Below, piece by piece: positions 38,630 through 50,793 of a stretch of 64,000 nucleotides of DNA (position 1 is its first letter; every line of letters starts with the position of its first letter). Below the pieces are notes generated by a model, which was not told the origin of the DNA, searched no databases, and was given only the letters and a program-made list of their open reading frames with translations. The stretch lies in assembly GCF_008831285.2 (NCBI RefSeq), contig NC_045138.2:14756001-14820000 (forward strand), written 5' to 3'. The stretch comes from Nymphaea colorata (Eukaryota). The translations under genes were made by a program, and so were the position numbers.

Positions 38630-40669
38630 GCATGTAATTTTCCCATTTCTAACTTGGCAAAGTTTGATTGGCTTTGAGTCGATATCGTCATTCCCTGGTC
38701 CATAAAATAGCACGTCTTCTAGTGTCATTTGTCATGTTATGCAATTGGATCGTAGCATCCTCGAAAAAGTAAATTTTCCATTCTTTGAAAAAAAAAATAA
38801 ACACTATTTTCATCGAGCCATTTACTTTTGGTTGTGAGATTCTTCGGTTCACATTCCGTTGTCCCTTTCTTTCAGGCTTCACGTTAAACCAATTTGCTTT
38901 CATTTTTTTTTTTAAAAAAAGTATGAATATCTAGAAATTTCTACAAATAATTGCTAAGTCATGTTACAGGAGAACATACACATTCGAGCCCTGGAAAAGA
39001 AAATATATGTAAATGATCTCCTTTTTTTAATTTTCAAATTTTTATTGCAAGCAAGAATTAGGTTGGTCCTTACATTATGGCAAGAAGCGTGCACAAGAGG
39101 CATTGAACTCTTCACCTCTTGAAAGCCCTAGAGTCTTTCTAAGGAGGGAAAAAGAAGGAGAACAGCCAAAATATTGGCCTGAATTTCGTATTCAGATTTG
39201 AAGATCCTTGAGAATTTTAGAGCTTTGGAATCGGATTCCGGGTGAACCCTAACTGCAGTTGATCTGAATTTGAAAAATCTGATTACCTGTAACCTAATCC
39301 AAATTTTGAAAGTTCAACGACCACCAAGTTCATCCAATTAGATGTATCTAGGAACGAACCGGATCTGATACGAACTGGCAAAAAACATGCAAGTTAGCAG
39401 TAAAGTTGCAGTCAGATTGGACGACGATCCAGATATGAACCAAACCCGATTTCAAACGATGACCAAATCTGGCTGATCAAACTTGAAATCAATCCAATAT
39501 GTACCCAAGTTCTGTTTTGACGATTCTAGTGTGAACTTAACTTTTTCCATGAGAATCAGAAAAAAAAAAACATATATATTTATATTATATATGTATATAT
39601 CACTACGTTTTTGTGCAAAAGTTTGATACGTTGTTGACCAACGTGATACTTTCAAAAATCACTTGCTGTAAAAAGAAAAAACCACATTCTTTTGGTAAAA
39701 CCGACACAAACTATTCATCATTTTTCTTCGAAGTTTTATCCATGTTTTTCTATATATTGTGTGCTATATGCATGCCAAAATCAAATCTCCTTTAGATTTC
39801 CGGAAAAAGAGAGAGAGAGAGAGAGATTGTGAGATTTTCCCCGACAATGAGATTTTGGATCTTGAGAAGAATCCATTTCATGATTAAATACTTGGATTTC
39901 ACCAATGAATCTTATGATTAAGACCTAATGATGCTGATAAACTTTATAAACACAACACAGGACCGATGCCGCAATGATGGCAAGCATCTGCAAAAAGGAA
40001 AAGTTTCTCATGTGTCAATAGGAAAATAAATATTTTTCATTGGTCAGTGTGGGCGATTGCCCCATTGTGGACTTTGCCAAGCAAATACTGGATGTACTTG
40101 TTTGACTAAAAATTGATTATTAATAATATTACTTACATAAGGTTCTTAGAATACGAGTTTCACAAGAATACTGGAGATAGATGCAATTTTTTCATTATCG
40201 AATGCAAGTAATGAATGGAATGTGAAAATGCCCTGAGTTTCTCAAGAAGCACTGCAAAATTGCAAATGATGACTGTCTCCATTTCCAGTTAGGCAAAAAA
40301 AAAGGGATTATTAAAGTGAAGGAATGGAATCACAGTAAAAGCTAGCATGGTAACCACAGTATGATTCCAAAGTGCATTTACTGGGAGTTGTGCATTCAAC
40401 ACATGATTGCCGGTCACTATGAGAAAAGGGAATTTTGGAATAACTAAGATATTATATTTGAAGTTCTCATATCCCAAGCTGAGAGACCACACATAATCAT
40501 AAAAAACTGTGGCTTTCAGAAATGAAGGCCGAAGTGCACTGCTTTTTAAGTATTAAACAGGCATAAAACATTGAATCTATGTTCACAGACAAAGGAAGAG
40601 TACATTTGCTTTACTGTTGAATTGTTTGTTTTTTAAAAATAATTAAAGATAATTCATCTGTCCATGATT

Positions 40670-42141
40670 AGGGGCTCCATTGCTTCATGAAATAATTTTT
40701 TTGGGGTGTTTTCTAAAAATAATTCAAGATGGTTCATCTGGAAATATATTTTTTAAAAGAAAACAATAAAAAAATCTTTTCTATTCTCATTTGATGTCCG
40801 TGATCATTGAGAAATATATTTTTTAATTTGATAAAAAAGAAATATATTTTTAAGTTCAGTGTTAGAAATTAAGGGAAATTGCCGTCTAAAACGCCACGAG
40901 TGCCAGCCACATGCTATAGGCCGATTCAGCTCCTTCAAGGCCGGCTCCAATCTTACGCCCACCCTGCTACTATAGGGTGTTCAAGGTCTCACCTGCCGGA
41001 TGAGGCGCTGCCTCGATGATTGAATTCAGGCGTTTATCAGGTTCGGTTGCTGACAGAGTGACTCGAACTCGCCAATTTTTAGAAATTCAGGAAAATCTCC
41101 TGAAAAATCCTAAAAATTGGTCCACAGCTAAAGCACGGAGTAGGGGATTGGAAGCCCCGGTTTGTAGCTGAAACCGATGATCAGGTGCAAAACGTGCCCC
41201 TTGTGAAGTTCGTTGTCGCCTGACGCTCCTGTCTCCAGAACGACGCCTCTGTTACGTAGCAGCAGCCTTCCCTGGATCGATTTATCACCAAATCGAAGAC
41301 AAACAGCAATGAAAACACCAACAATCGATAGACAATCAAAACACGAACAGATCCATGTGGATAGTTCACCCGATTTCATGATTTACCCAATAATCTGACT
41401 AATATTCGGTTGCGGCCGCCATTGGCGGAGAAATTCCTCAGATCGCCGCTGATTTCCTCCTATTTCCGGCCAGCTCCTCTAGCTCCGTTAGATAGATTTG
41501 GCTCAAAATTGGTGGAGATATTTGTTAGAATGTGGCGGATGCAATCGATCAAAAGCCCTCTGGAATTTTCGGGCAGTCACCGGTAATTTGATCGGAATCA
41601 AGGACTGGTGGGTGGAAACTCTAAAACTGGACATCGTCTGTTCTTCTGATCGAATCTTGTCCGATCCTTCGCCGATTCGTCTGTTCTTCTGATCAAATCT
41701 TGTCCGATCCTTCACCGATTCTTCTCAAAATTGGAGGACATGTTCGTGAGGGCTATGCGGATCTCCTGATAGTGAAAGCCCCTTCCTAGCTCCGACCAAT
41801 CGCCGGAATGTAGGACAGTTTCAGGGATCTGTCCGGCGATAGCCTGAATCAAGCCTGAACCGATTTCTTCCGCTCCTACTCTGCTCGATTCGTCCTCCAG
41901 CATATCAATCCTCATTCCCATCGACAGATAGGAGTCGAGGGAGGAAGAAGAGAAAGAGGGAGGAAGAAAGGAGGCGGAGGAAGAACGAGCGAGGGAGGAA
42001 GAAGGCGAGCCAGGTAACGATAAAAAAAAAAAAAATTGGAAAAAAATTTTCAGCTTTGAGGCGAAAAAAAAATTCCCGAAATATATTTCTGAAAATGGCT
42101 TTAACGGTCTAATATATTTCTGAAAATGACTTTAACGGTCA
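40670..42141. mobile_element. Degenerate non-autonomous PIF/Harbinger-related element (boundaries approximate)
   Basis: 40730-40850 resembles the reverse complement of the subterminal block at 930-1060. The right side has a 31-bp tandem AATATATTTCTGAAAATG(G/A)CTTTAACGGTC (about 42080-42140). A 43-bp tandem duplication lies at 41634-41719. Confidence 0.45.
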
Positions 42142-43107
42142 CTTTTTCAGTTTTTCCTTCTCTTGCTTGATGGGTCCTGGGGAGGAAATTTTTTTTAATT
42201 TTTTTTTTCCTCGTTGAACAGTGGATTTCCGGTGCATCACATAAGGTCGACCTTATGGAAATAACTTTCCTCAAATAAAAGAATGAGAAAATCTTTAGAT
42301 TCCATTCTCATTTTGATGTGTTTGTGATAATTGAAAAATAAATTTTCAAAAAATTATTTCTTAGTTTGATAATAAAGAAACATATTTTCATATTTACATA
42401 ATCTTTAGATATAGTTTCTTAAATCACTAGTCTGGCCTCCCTCTATCTCTCTTATATATGGAAAATTGGCCCTGGAATCACTGCCAATGAACATCGGAAC
42501 AAATGCAAGTAGCATCTCTACTGGAAACGACCTGAAAGTAGTTTTGTTTCATGCAAGTAGCAGGCCACGTTTATGCAGACTAGTGAAATAAATGGAAGAA
42601 GCATGACTAGAAGAGGATGATTGATCTAACACATAAACCACATACGAGGATCAGACAAGCAAAAGCGTAGACGCCATTTCCATAACTCAGCAGCAATATG
42701 ATGCCTTTCAAAAACCAGAAGCATACAACCAAATGATCGATCATCTGTTGCATCTGCTATTCAGGAGCAAATCATGGCATATTTGTCATCAAAAAGATTT
42801 TAGTGGTTGTCATGTTTCTGCATACAAGGCATCTTAGGCAGCCGACGACCACAAACATTAGCATAAACACACGGATAAATAATAAACCATCTACCAAATT
42901 TGATAAATGATAATACGCAGTTTACATTTCTTGATCTCTGGTTTGAAAATTGCATATGAATCAAACCACGACCAGCGATGCAATGAACGTGAAGATCAAC
43001 TGCCAGTTATTTAACAACTATAATCTTAATAAATAATATAACATCAATTGTCAAAATAACATTTCTTAATAAAAAAAATAACCATTACACAGACACTTTA
43101 ATACTAC

Positions 43108-43240
43108 TAGCACAGAGCAAGGCAGAAGGCTTGAGCAAGCCAATTACAAGAACAGGCTCCACTTTCACACCATCTTCCTGCGTCTGATCAAAGAGCTGCA
43201 TAGGCATAGCCTCTCTTCCTCTGGAAGACTTTATACATAC
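43108..43240 (-). pseudogene. PPR-motif-like gene fragment
   Basis: Translates to CIKSSRGREAM(PM)QLFDQTQEDGVKVEPVLVIGLLKPSALL, resembling the PPR consensus GxxxEAxxLFxxMxxxGxxPxxxTxxxLL. The extra PM comes from a 6-bp CTATGC duplication. Confidence 0.55.
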
Positions 43241-43784
43241 CCTCCTTACACTCGGAATTAGGCATCATCAATTGATAATATATGAGAATTTCACTAGGAA
43301 GTAGACAATACTAGATAAATCACATACATATTCTCATCAGTGATAGATAATTTACATAAGTGTTGACAAAAGCATCACCGTTAAATACATAGCCAAGTGT
43401 GAAGGTAGAGTATGCATAGAAGCATATACATATAGTGCGTCATGTACACATCCACCATAACGGAAACAAGCTCAACAAAATCACAATGACCACCACATGA
43501 ATCGATTTGAAACATGTAAATGAATGTCAACCTTCAAAGAATCTTCATTTTCTTCAAGTGTGTTGACACATGTCATCAAAAATTTGGTGATCGTATTTCT
43601 TCATGTAGGTGAACGACCCTCGAACACGACATAATACTTATGTCGGGGCTTCATCTTCGATTACCTATGAACATAATCATAAACATCACATTTTAACAAA
43701 CATTAAAGCGTGAAGAGCTTATATTCAAATACAATAACTAACAACAGTAAAACATAAACAAAACAAACATATGAATAATATTCA

Positions 43785-45237
43785 TCAACACAATAGTTTC
43801 TGCGTGTGATAAGTTACTACGCACCTACGAGTTTGAAAATCCATGAACATTTGAGATGTTATTGAAGTGCGCAGGTCATTATTGGATCCTCGATGAATAC
43901 TTTGTGTCGCACTTTCAAGTTCGGTTACAAACGATGTACTCTCATTTGCATCGTCAGATGCACCTTCGTCAACATCAAACTGTTCTGCATGAGGATTATG
44001 ATCTATAATGAAATTGTGTAGAACACACGTGGCTAACACAATCCCAACTTGTTTACGATAAGGAAATGACACTTGTGCTTTTAGTATAGGGAATCGTCCT
44101 TTTAATAAACCAAAAGCTCGTTCAACAGTTGTTCTTAATGATGAATGACGATGATTAAACAGTTCCTCTGCAGATGTAACACGTCGTGCCCCCGATGCAT
44201 TAAATTCAGAGAGATGGTATCGATGACCTCGATATGGAGTTAGTAAACCATGTATGTTTGGATATTCTCCATCACCAAGATAGTATTTCCCTACACAGTA
44301 CAGTTATTATGAGTTCGACATTAAATAAATAGTAAGCTAACACCTACACAACAATCTATTAATTGTTTATGAAAGAGTATTGACAACCTAACCTGTAGGT
44401 ATGACAAAAGGATCGATCTCAGTGTCTAGTGCACTGTATAATACTCTTGAATTTGTTGCGTTGCCTTCCCAACCCGCCAAAACATAGTGGAATCGCATGT
44501 CGAATCCAACTACAGCAAAGACATTTTGTGAAAGAGTTCCATTTCTATTACGAAACCTCGATTCTTCTGATGTACGTACCCAGACTGGTATGTGAATGCC
44601 ATCTATAGCTCCTAAACAATCCTACGTACAGTGAAAAATATTAGTTGCACTGCATTTGTACAATATAATATGTGATCATGAATTAGCTTACCTTAAAATA
44701 TGGATAGAAACGAGGATTGAAGCGGATTTTGGATGGAGTGTCATCGTTCGGTCGGCTGATGTATTCCTTACCCAATTGACATAGTGCTCGTAGAATGAGG
44801 TTGATGTACTTGCTAATTGTTTGACTTGAGTGTTGAAACGTGTTTCGGCATGCACGATTGCGCTCATTATGGCCAACAGTAAGTAGAAAGATAGCAACTT
44901 GTTCTTTAATGCTGATTTCCCGAGCATCTTCTACTAAATTTTTCTCTTTCAAGATATTACATAGTGTAATAAACGAGCTGCGATCCATGCGCAGTAAGTC
45001 CAAACAATTCTTTGGATGGCCGTTGATGATATTTTCAATAAATTGACTACCAACATTTCTATAAGGGTGAACAATTCGCCTACGCCGATTAAGGAACCCA
45101 AAAAATATGATGACCAAGGCAAACATCACTTTCACCATAGCATGTTCTCTTTCTTCATCTGACGACATGACTGTTGCACTGGGTAGCATAGAACTGGGTA
45201 ACATAGACAAAAAGTAACTTTCATCATGTCTAATCAT
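43785..45237 (-). CDS. PIF/Harbinger DDE transposase (HARBI1/ALP1-like), exons 45237-44692, 44621-44393, 44290-43785 (about 426 aa if the first ATG is used)
   Basis: Motifs LRMDRSSFITLCNIL, EQVAIFLLTVGHNERNR, FQHSSQTISKY, RFYPYFK|DCLGAIDGIH, FHYVLAGWEG, KYYLGDGEY, EELFNHRHSSLRTTVERAFGLLKGRF and CVLHNFI. Two in-phase GT-AG introns. Confidence 0.93.
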
Positions 45238-45410
45238 ACCATCTACGAATAAAACATTCTAATATGCAAAGGTGAAAGGAATTAACAGCCATAAAACAAA
45301 CATATATGTATGAAATATAAAGCAATTTCAATAACATCTTTTCAATTGCATAGAAGTTAGAACAAACACAACATTGAATTATAAAGATGTAGGAGAACAT
45401 GTACTACTTA

Positions 45411-46034
45411 CTATTGATGATTGAGATTAAACAGCAACCAAGGCACCCGTTTATCAGGCTGAAGGTTGAGGAAGATGTGTGGCTTTTTTCCTTGCTCCAT
45501 TAGCATCAGGGCTCTTAAGTGCATGTTCTTATCAATCTCTCCCAAGTTGAGCATTTCACGCAATATAACTGCACATTTGTTCCTTGTTTGTGTTGTAGAT
45601 GTGTTTATCATTGTTCGAAAACTATCGGCTATGTCATGCAATAGTGTTCGATACTCCTCGTCATTCGTACTTGATCTTGCTCTTTTCTTTGATGAATTCA
45701 TGGTCCTACTTTCTGATGTAGTAGGACCTGAATCTTGTTGAATGTGTGTCGGTGATGATATAGGAGAATTACTGTTCAACATTTGTGTGAAAGATACATT
45801 TTCATCAACATTTATCCCGAAATCAGGCTTATGGGTTATAGGGCTCATAGTCTTCAGTCATCATGTACGAAGTACAATTATAACTGTCACGACCTATGGT
45901 AGTTGACTGGCCATACACTTCATGTAACTCTTCATAGTGTTTTCATTTTTGCCCTCCTTTGAAGATTTATAAGATATTCTAGTTGAGCATCAGTCCATAT
46001 GAGTATCATTCATTGAGTTGCTTGAACCTTCCAT
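45411..46034 (-). pseudogene. Harbinger Myb/SANT-like DNA-binding ORF, frameshifted and internally deleted
   Basis: MEGSSNSMNDTH shifts frame into WTDAQLEYLINL (Myb-like first helix). It then jumps to HYEELHEVYGQSTTIG, and a further shift leads to the C-terminal part with SKKRAR and IFLNLQPDKRVPWL. Confidence 0.72.
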
Positions 46035-49000
46035 AGCTACTACAATACAAAAGAAAAGAAAATAAGTAATTGCAAACCCCAAAATAAAACAAAAAAAGAG
46101 CATAATATGGCCAAATAATTGGGTGAGGAATGAAGTGGGGATTAAACCCAGTACTCGTAATTATTGTACCATTTTTCATATTCTTGCATGATCATATTTA
46201 CATTCAAAGTGATGTCAACATGGTTTACAGTCTGCAACCAACATTGGGATGGCATTACTGTGTGATATGTAAGCACACATTGAAGACTGGATGAATAACT
46301 TCACAATTTATTAGCAAATGAAATTGGACATGTCAAAAATAGAGAAACAGCCATGTTTTTCTCAATAGAAACAGCAGTATTCTTAGCACTAAAACAAATA
46401 ATCAAAATGGAAAAAATTTCTAAACTAAGTACACTTCTTCGAAATGCTCCAACCAAGCTAAAATGACAAAAGTTTACTTACAAATTTGGAATGAAACGAG
46501 ACTGAAATTTAGATTGTTTCCAAATTTGCTTTCTGCTAATCTGCTTTCACTTCGAACACCTACTTCATTTTATTTGATAATCATCATTTAGTAGATTGAA
46601 GATCTATCTTTAATGATAATCATCATTTAGCAAATACAGAGAGCTCAGACAAGGAGACTGATCCAGAATATACAGCAGAAATAGCATGCCAGCCAATGTA
46701 TTTGTTCAAAGATTTATCTTCAATCAAACTTCTTGTAATCAGGAAATGCTTGTTAAGGCTGATCTGCAGAACAAGGGAAAACTGGACGTATTTTTCAACC
46801 AGCTTATTAGGAGTTGCATGACCATTCTCATTATTTATCCACTGCTTACAAATGATTTGCCATTATGGCCATGTATCTCGTCTGCAGGTGAATAAGCAGA
46901 GGCCTTGGCCACATCGTTACTTGTTTATGCTAAAAATAGCCACTGAACAGAAACTAGCAGGTCATATACGGCATGTATTATCTTCTCCACCAGTGGGCAA
47001 ATACGGATACCATTTTTCTCATACAATTGTGTCTGTTCTAGCTAAACCAACATGGCCAAGTCTTCCAATTTAAGAGCTGTTCAACACTTAAAATACAGAG
47101 AAAGAGAGAAAAGATTTTGGTAAAAAGACAACAAACCAGGTCCTAATTTGAAGCAGAAACAAATTCATCCTTCAGAAATTCAACAGATAATATCTTAATA
47201 TGAAATACACATAATTTAACATTCTGCAGTTAAACAAATCAGACCCTAATATTAAAACACCACACCAATTCAACAACATATCAACATTTTAAGCCAAAAA
47301 AAAATCTGCAGCTAGAGAGAGAGAGAGTCTGCCGAACGTTTGCAGCAGCCATTGCAGAATAGATATATACCGCTTGAACAGATATATACATATAGAGAGA
47401 GAGAGAGAGGACAAAAATATAAACCAGAGATACTACTTTTGAATGTTCGGTTTCATACCTGAATAGAAGCAAAGAGAGAATAATAGAAGTGAAAAAAAGG
47501 GGAATCGTGAGAGGCATACCTGAGTAAAGGAGCAGCCAAGAGGGATAAAACCAAATTTCCTGTTGAAGGTGGTGCCTGAAGGCCTGCAATTGATGACAAC
47601 AGGTGAAGCTGTAGAAGAGAGAGTAAAGAGAGATGGGTTATCGAGAGAACGTGCATGTGAGAGAGCGAGAGAGAGAAGCATAGGGCTCACCTTAGGGCTG
47701 CAAGCGGGCGACGTCGGTAGGGCTTGGGTATCTGTGGGTGCGTGTGGGAGAGAGAGAGCCACAGGTGGAGCTGCAGAAGAGAGAGAATGAGACTGTGTGA
47801 TTTTAAGAGCGGGATTGAGAGAGAGTGAGAGAAAGAGAGAGTGAGAGATAAGAGCGGCAGAGGGCTCACCGGCGGGCGGCTGGAGGACCACGGCCGTCAA
47901 GCGGAGGAGAGACGGTCTCTGTGACGGAGAGGGGACAGGGAATGGGGGAAGGAGGAAAACGCAGCAGCAGCAGGACGATGCACGAAAACTAAAAGTTGGG
48001 AGGAAGACGCGAGCGTGCCTTTCCGGAAATAAATTTCCGTTTCCAGCCTGAGTCTCAAAAATATCTGTGCGTCTGATGAAACGAAAAACTTTTACAAATT
48101 TGAAATTTTTTTCTTGGGCTACAGTATTTTTCCCGCCCATTAAACGAGCCCTAGAAGTTCGTGATTCAATTTTTATGAGGATAAAATTTTTGCAATAAAA
48201 GCACTCTTCCTGCATATGGCAGAGATACAGGAGTGGAGGTTTTCCAAAAGCAGACAATAAGCAAGTTGCTTGTGGAGTATGTTGTGGTTCCTTCTCAATC
48301 AAGAAAAATTTCAAAGAGAACATTCTTTTTCGCTTTGATGGAACATGGCAAAGAACAAATCGAACAACTATCTCAACATTGGCTGTCAATTATGAGACGT
48401 ACGAGCCATTGAGCCACCGGCAGAACTCGAAAAAATTTCATGCAAACAGATTTTAGGAAGATTCAAGAAATCTTGTCATTTAAAACAAATACATGTAGAA
48501 TTTTGTAAGTTTTTGATAGATTTACTTAAGAAGCATTTAAACTACTGAAGAAAAGAACTCCAAATTTGTTCCCTTCTTTCTCTCCCCCTCTCCTTACTTT
48601 TCGGACTCTTATCCTGTGAGTTACTGCTCTACCTCTTCCGTTTCTATCTTCTTCAAACCTTAACTGAGAGAAAGAGCCGATGATAGAGAGAAGGGCCACA
48701 GTTCGTGAGAGCAGAATGGTTAACAATACAAATGGTGAGAAGTTGAGGCCACTTGATCAGAGCCTTTGGCCGGACGATACCTCCCTCATCAGATCGGCTC
48801 CACCATCTATCGTAGATCGTTTGAACAAAGCCAACAGGAGATGAACAGTAGCGGAGGCATGGATTTTTTATACTGAAGGCCACTAATATGTAGTAATTAA
48901 CACAAATATAAATCTAAAACATCTTAACCCTTCAAATACATAGTAAAAATTTCGTGAAACACAAATATGCAGTAAACCAACTTATATGAGTTCGTGTGGG

Positions 49001-50082
49001 CAACTGCTCGGCGGCTGGCCCAAAATTCGAACTATTTTCTTTTATGTGAAAACACAAGGATACAAAATCCCAGATACCTTATGCTAAAAAAATGAACGAA
49101 TAATTTTTCAATATTTTTTAAAGAAACATCATTATTAGACCAAGAAAAATAATACGAACTAGTAAAATAACGAATGGATCAGTTAGTGTCTGAATCTTTG
49201 TCTCCAAGCGTATCCACGCCGATCAACAGCGCGGCACTTTAAATTAGCGGATAGTACAAATAAATAACTATCTAAGGTGGTAAGAAGGGGACGTTAATGG
49301 TGTAAAGTTGAAGACCTTGGGAAACTTTCGGCGCCATGCAAACCAAATAGGCCTGAAAAAATCAACCCGTGACATTTAAAATGATGTCTTAAAATGGTGC
49401 AGAACTTGGAGATGAAGTCCTTTCAAGCTCCATCATGTTGCTTCTCCAGGTCGGACTTCGGAGTGGCGTTTGTATCTGTGAGCAGCTGTCAAGTAGCGTG
49501 GCTCTTTTGGTTATTAACCGTTAGGTCGCATTTGTTTACTGCGGAAAGATCACGATGAATTTCGCTCCACGAATTTGAAGTCTGCCCACACTTTTTAACA
49601 AGCAGTGTGGATCTGAGATCCAATGCCATGGGAGAAGCTAAATCCGCTGTTTGAACAGCCATCCTGAATTTGAGATCTCTGAGGGGAAATAAATGAACTG
49701 AGACTGAGACTTTGTCGGACCCAGATTCTGCAGTCTTCCTGAATTTCAGTTTAGAAAAAAACTGCAGATGAATTGCAGGTTCATGTTAAGTAGCAAAACC
49801 CTCTGATCTCAAGTCCGTCTGGAGGGGGTTTTCGGACATCAGATTGTCAGATTTGAAATCTTCAGTTATCTAAAATCACCTAGAATATCACATCATCAGT
49901 ATGAAATCCGAGGTTGACAAACATAGCACTAAGGCGTGTTTGATCGACAAATGGTAACTTCTGACTCGACCATGTCCTAATAGACTCAGTGGAGGATCAC
50001 AACGCATGGCATATGCCACACCACAACACATGCCATGATGCCAATTGTAAAGATCATCCACTTCTTCCTGTCGCGTCGCACC

Positions 50083-50332
50083 CTATGTCACCAGAACGCG
50101 GGGTGTGGGTGCGATACATCTCAAAAAATTACGGTGCAACGGTGCGACGAGAGTATTTATTATTATTATTATTATTTTATTAATATAATATATTAATAGT
50201 ATCAAATTTGATAAAAAAACTAAAAAAAAAACTGAAAATCAATAAGGTGTGAATCTGGGTCGCACCCGCACCAGCACCCGCATCGCGTCGACGCGGGTGC
50301 GTCACCAGGGTTGCCGCACCCTGGTGACATAG
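50083..50332. mobile_element. hAT-type MITE (250 bp) downstream of SufB
   Basis: Perfect 12-bp TIR CTATGTCACCAG/CTGGTGACATAG. The same 8-mer GTCGCACC flanks both sides (50075-50082 and 50333-50340). Confidence 0.92.
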
Positions 50333-50793
50333 GTCGCACCTCTAAAGTAGGTGGAAGCGAGCCTTCGCTCTGCGATGGACAAACTTAAAAAAGACAAGAA
50401 CTCAATGTCAAAAATTGCATCTCTACGCAGAATTATACCTTGACAGAAACCAGTTTTGCTTGATAATCTCATCATAAACCTCCTCCCACCACCCAAAAAC
50501 ATCCCCCACTGAAGGGAAGGGGAAAAGAAAATGATTTCTCAGCTACCATAATAAGCGTCAAGGCAGATAATCACCAAGTTGATTTGCAGCCTTACAAACA
50601 CTTCAAAATAAGCTACTTATGTTACATGCGTGTACAGAGCGATCAGGACTGCGTTACATTACCACCACCATTCCAAGCAAGCTACTTCCAAGTCCCCACA
50701 GATATGGGTACATCATTTACATCTTGACCACATAAAGTGGCTACGTGATACGGAAAAATACACAAAATGGTGCTCATCCTATGGCTGTTAGGC

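Larger units (their letters stand above)
42245..48151 (-). mobile_element. PIF/Harbinger transposon with Myb/SANT ORF and DDE transposase; left boundary uncertain
   Basis: TIR-like CCATTAAACGAGCCC at 48137-48151 (12/15 identical to the 1076-1090 terminus). Subterminal TTCCGGAAATAAATTTCC near 48020. An inverted subterminal block lies at 42250-42410, and both Harbinger ORFs lie inside. Confidence 0.8.

Noticed and set aside
33600..39520. GATCC/GGATC-rich patches (33600-33980, 37380-37620, 39200-39520; also 56600-56760 and 58150-58460)
   Set aside because: Probably old MITE debris, but I could not define TIRs, TSDs or boundaries.
47433..48389. 318-aa ORF on the minus strand
   Set aside because: Non-ATG start, crosses the Harbinger TIR and (CT)n tracts, low complexity, no recognisable domain.
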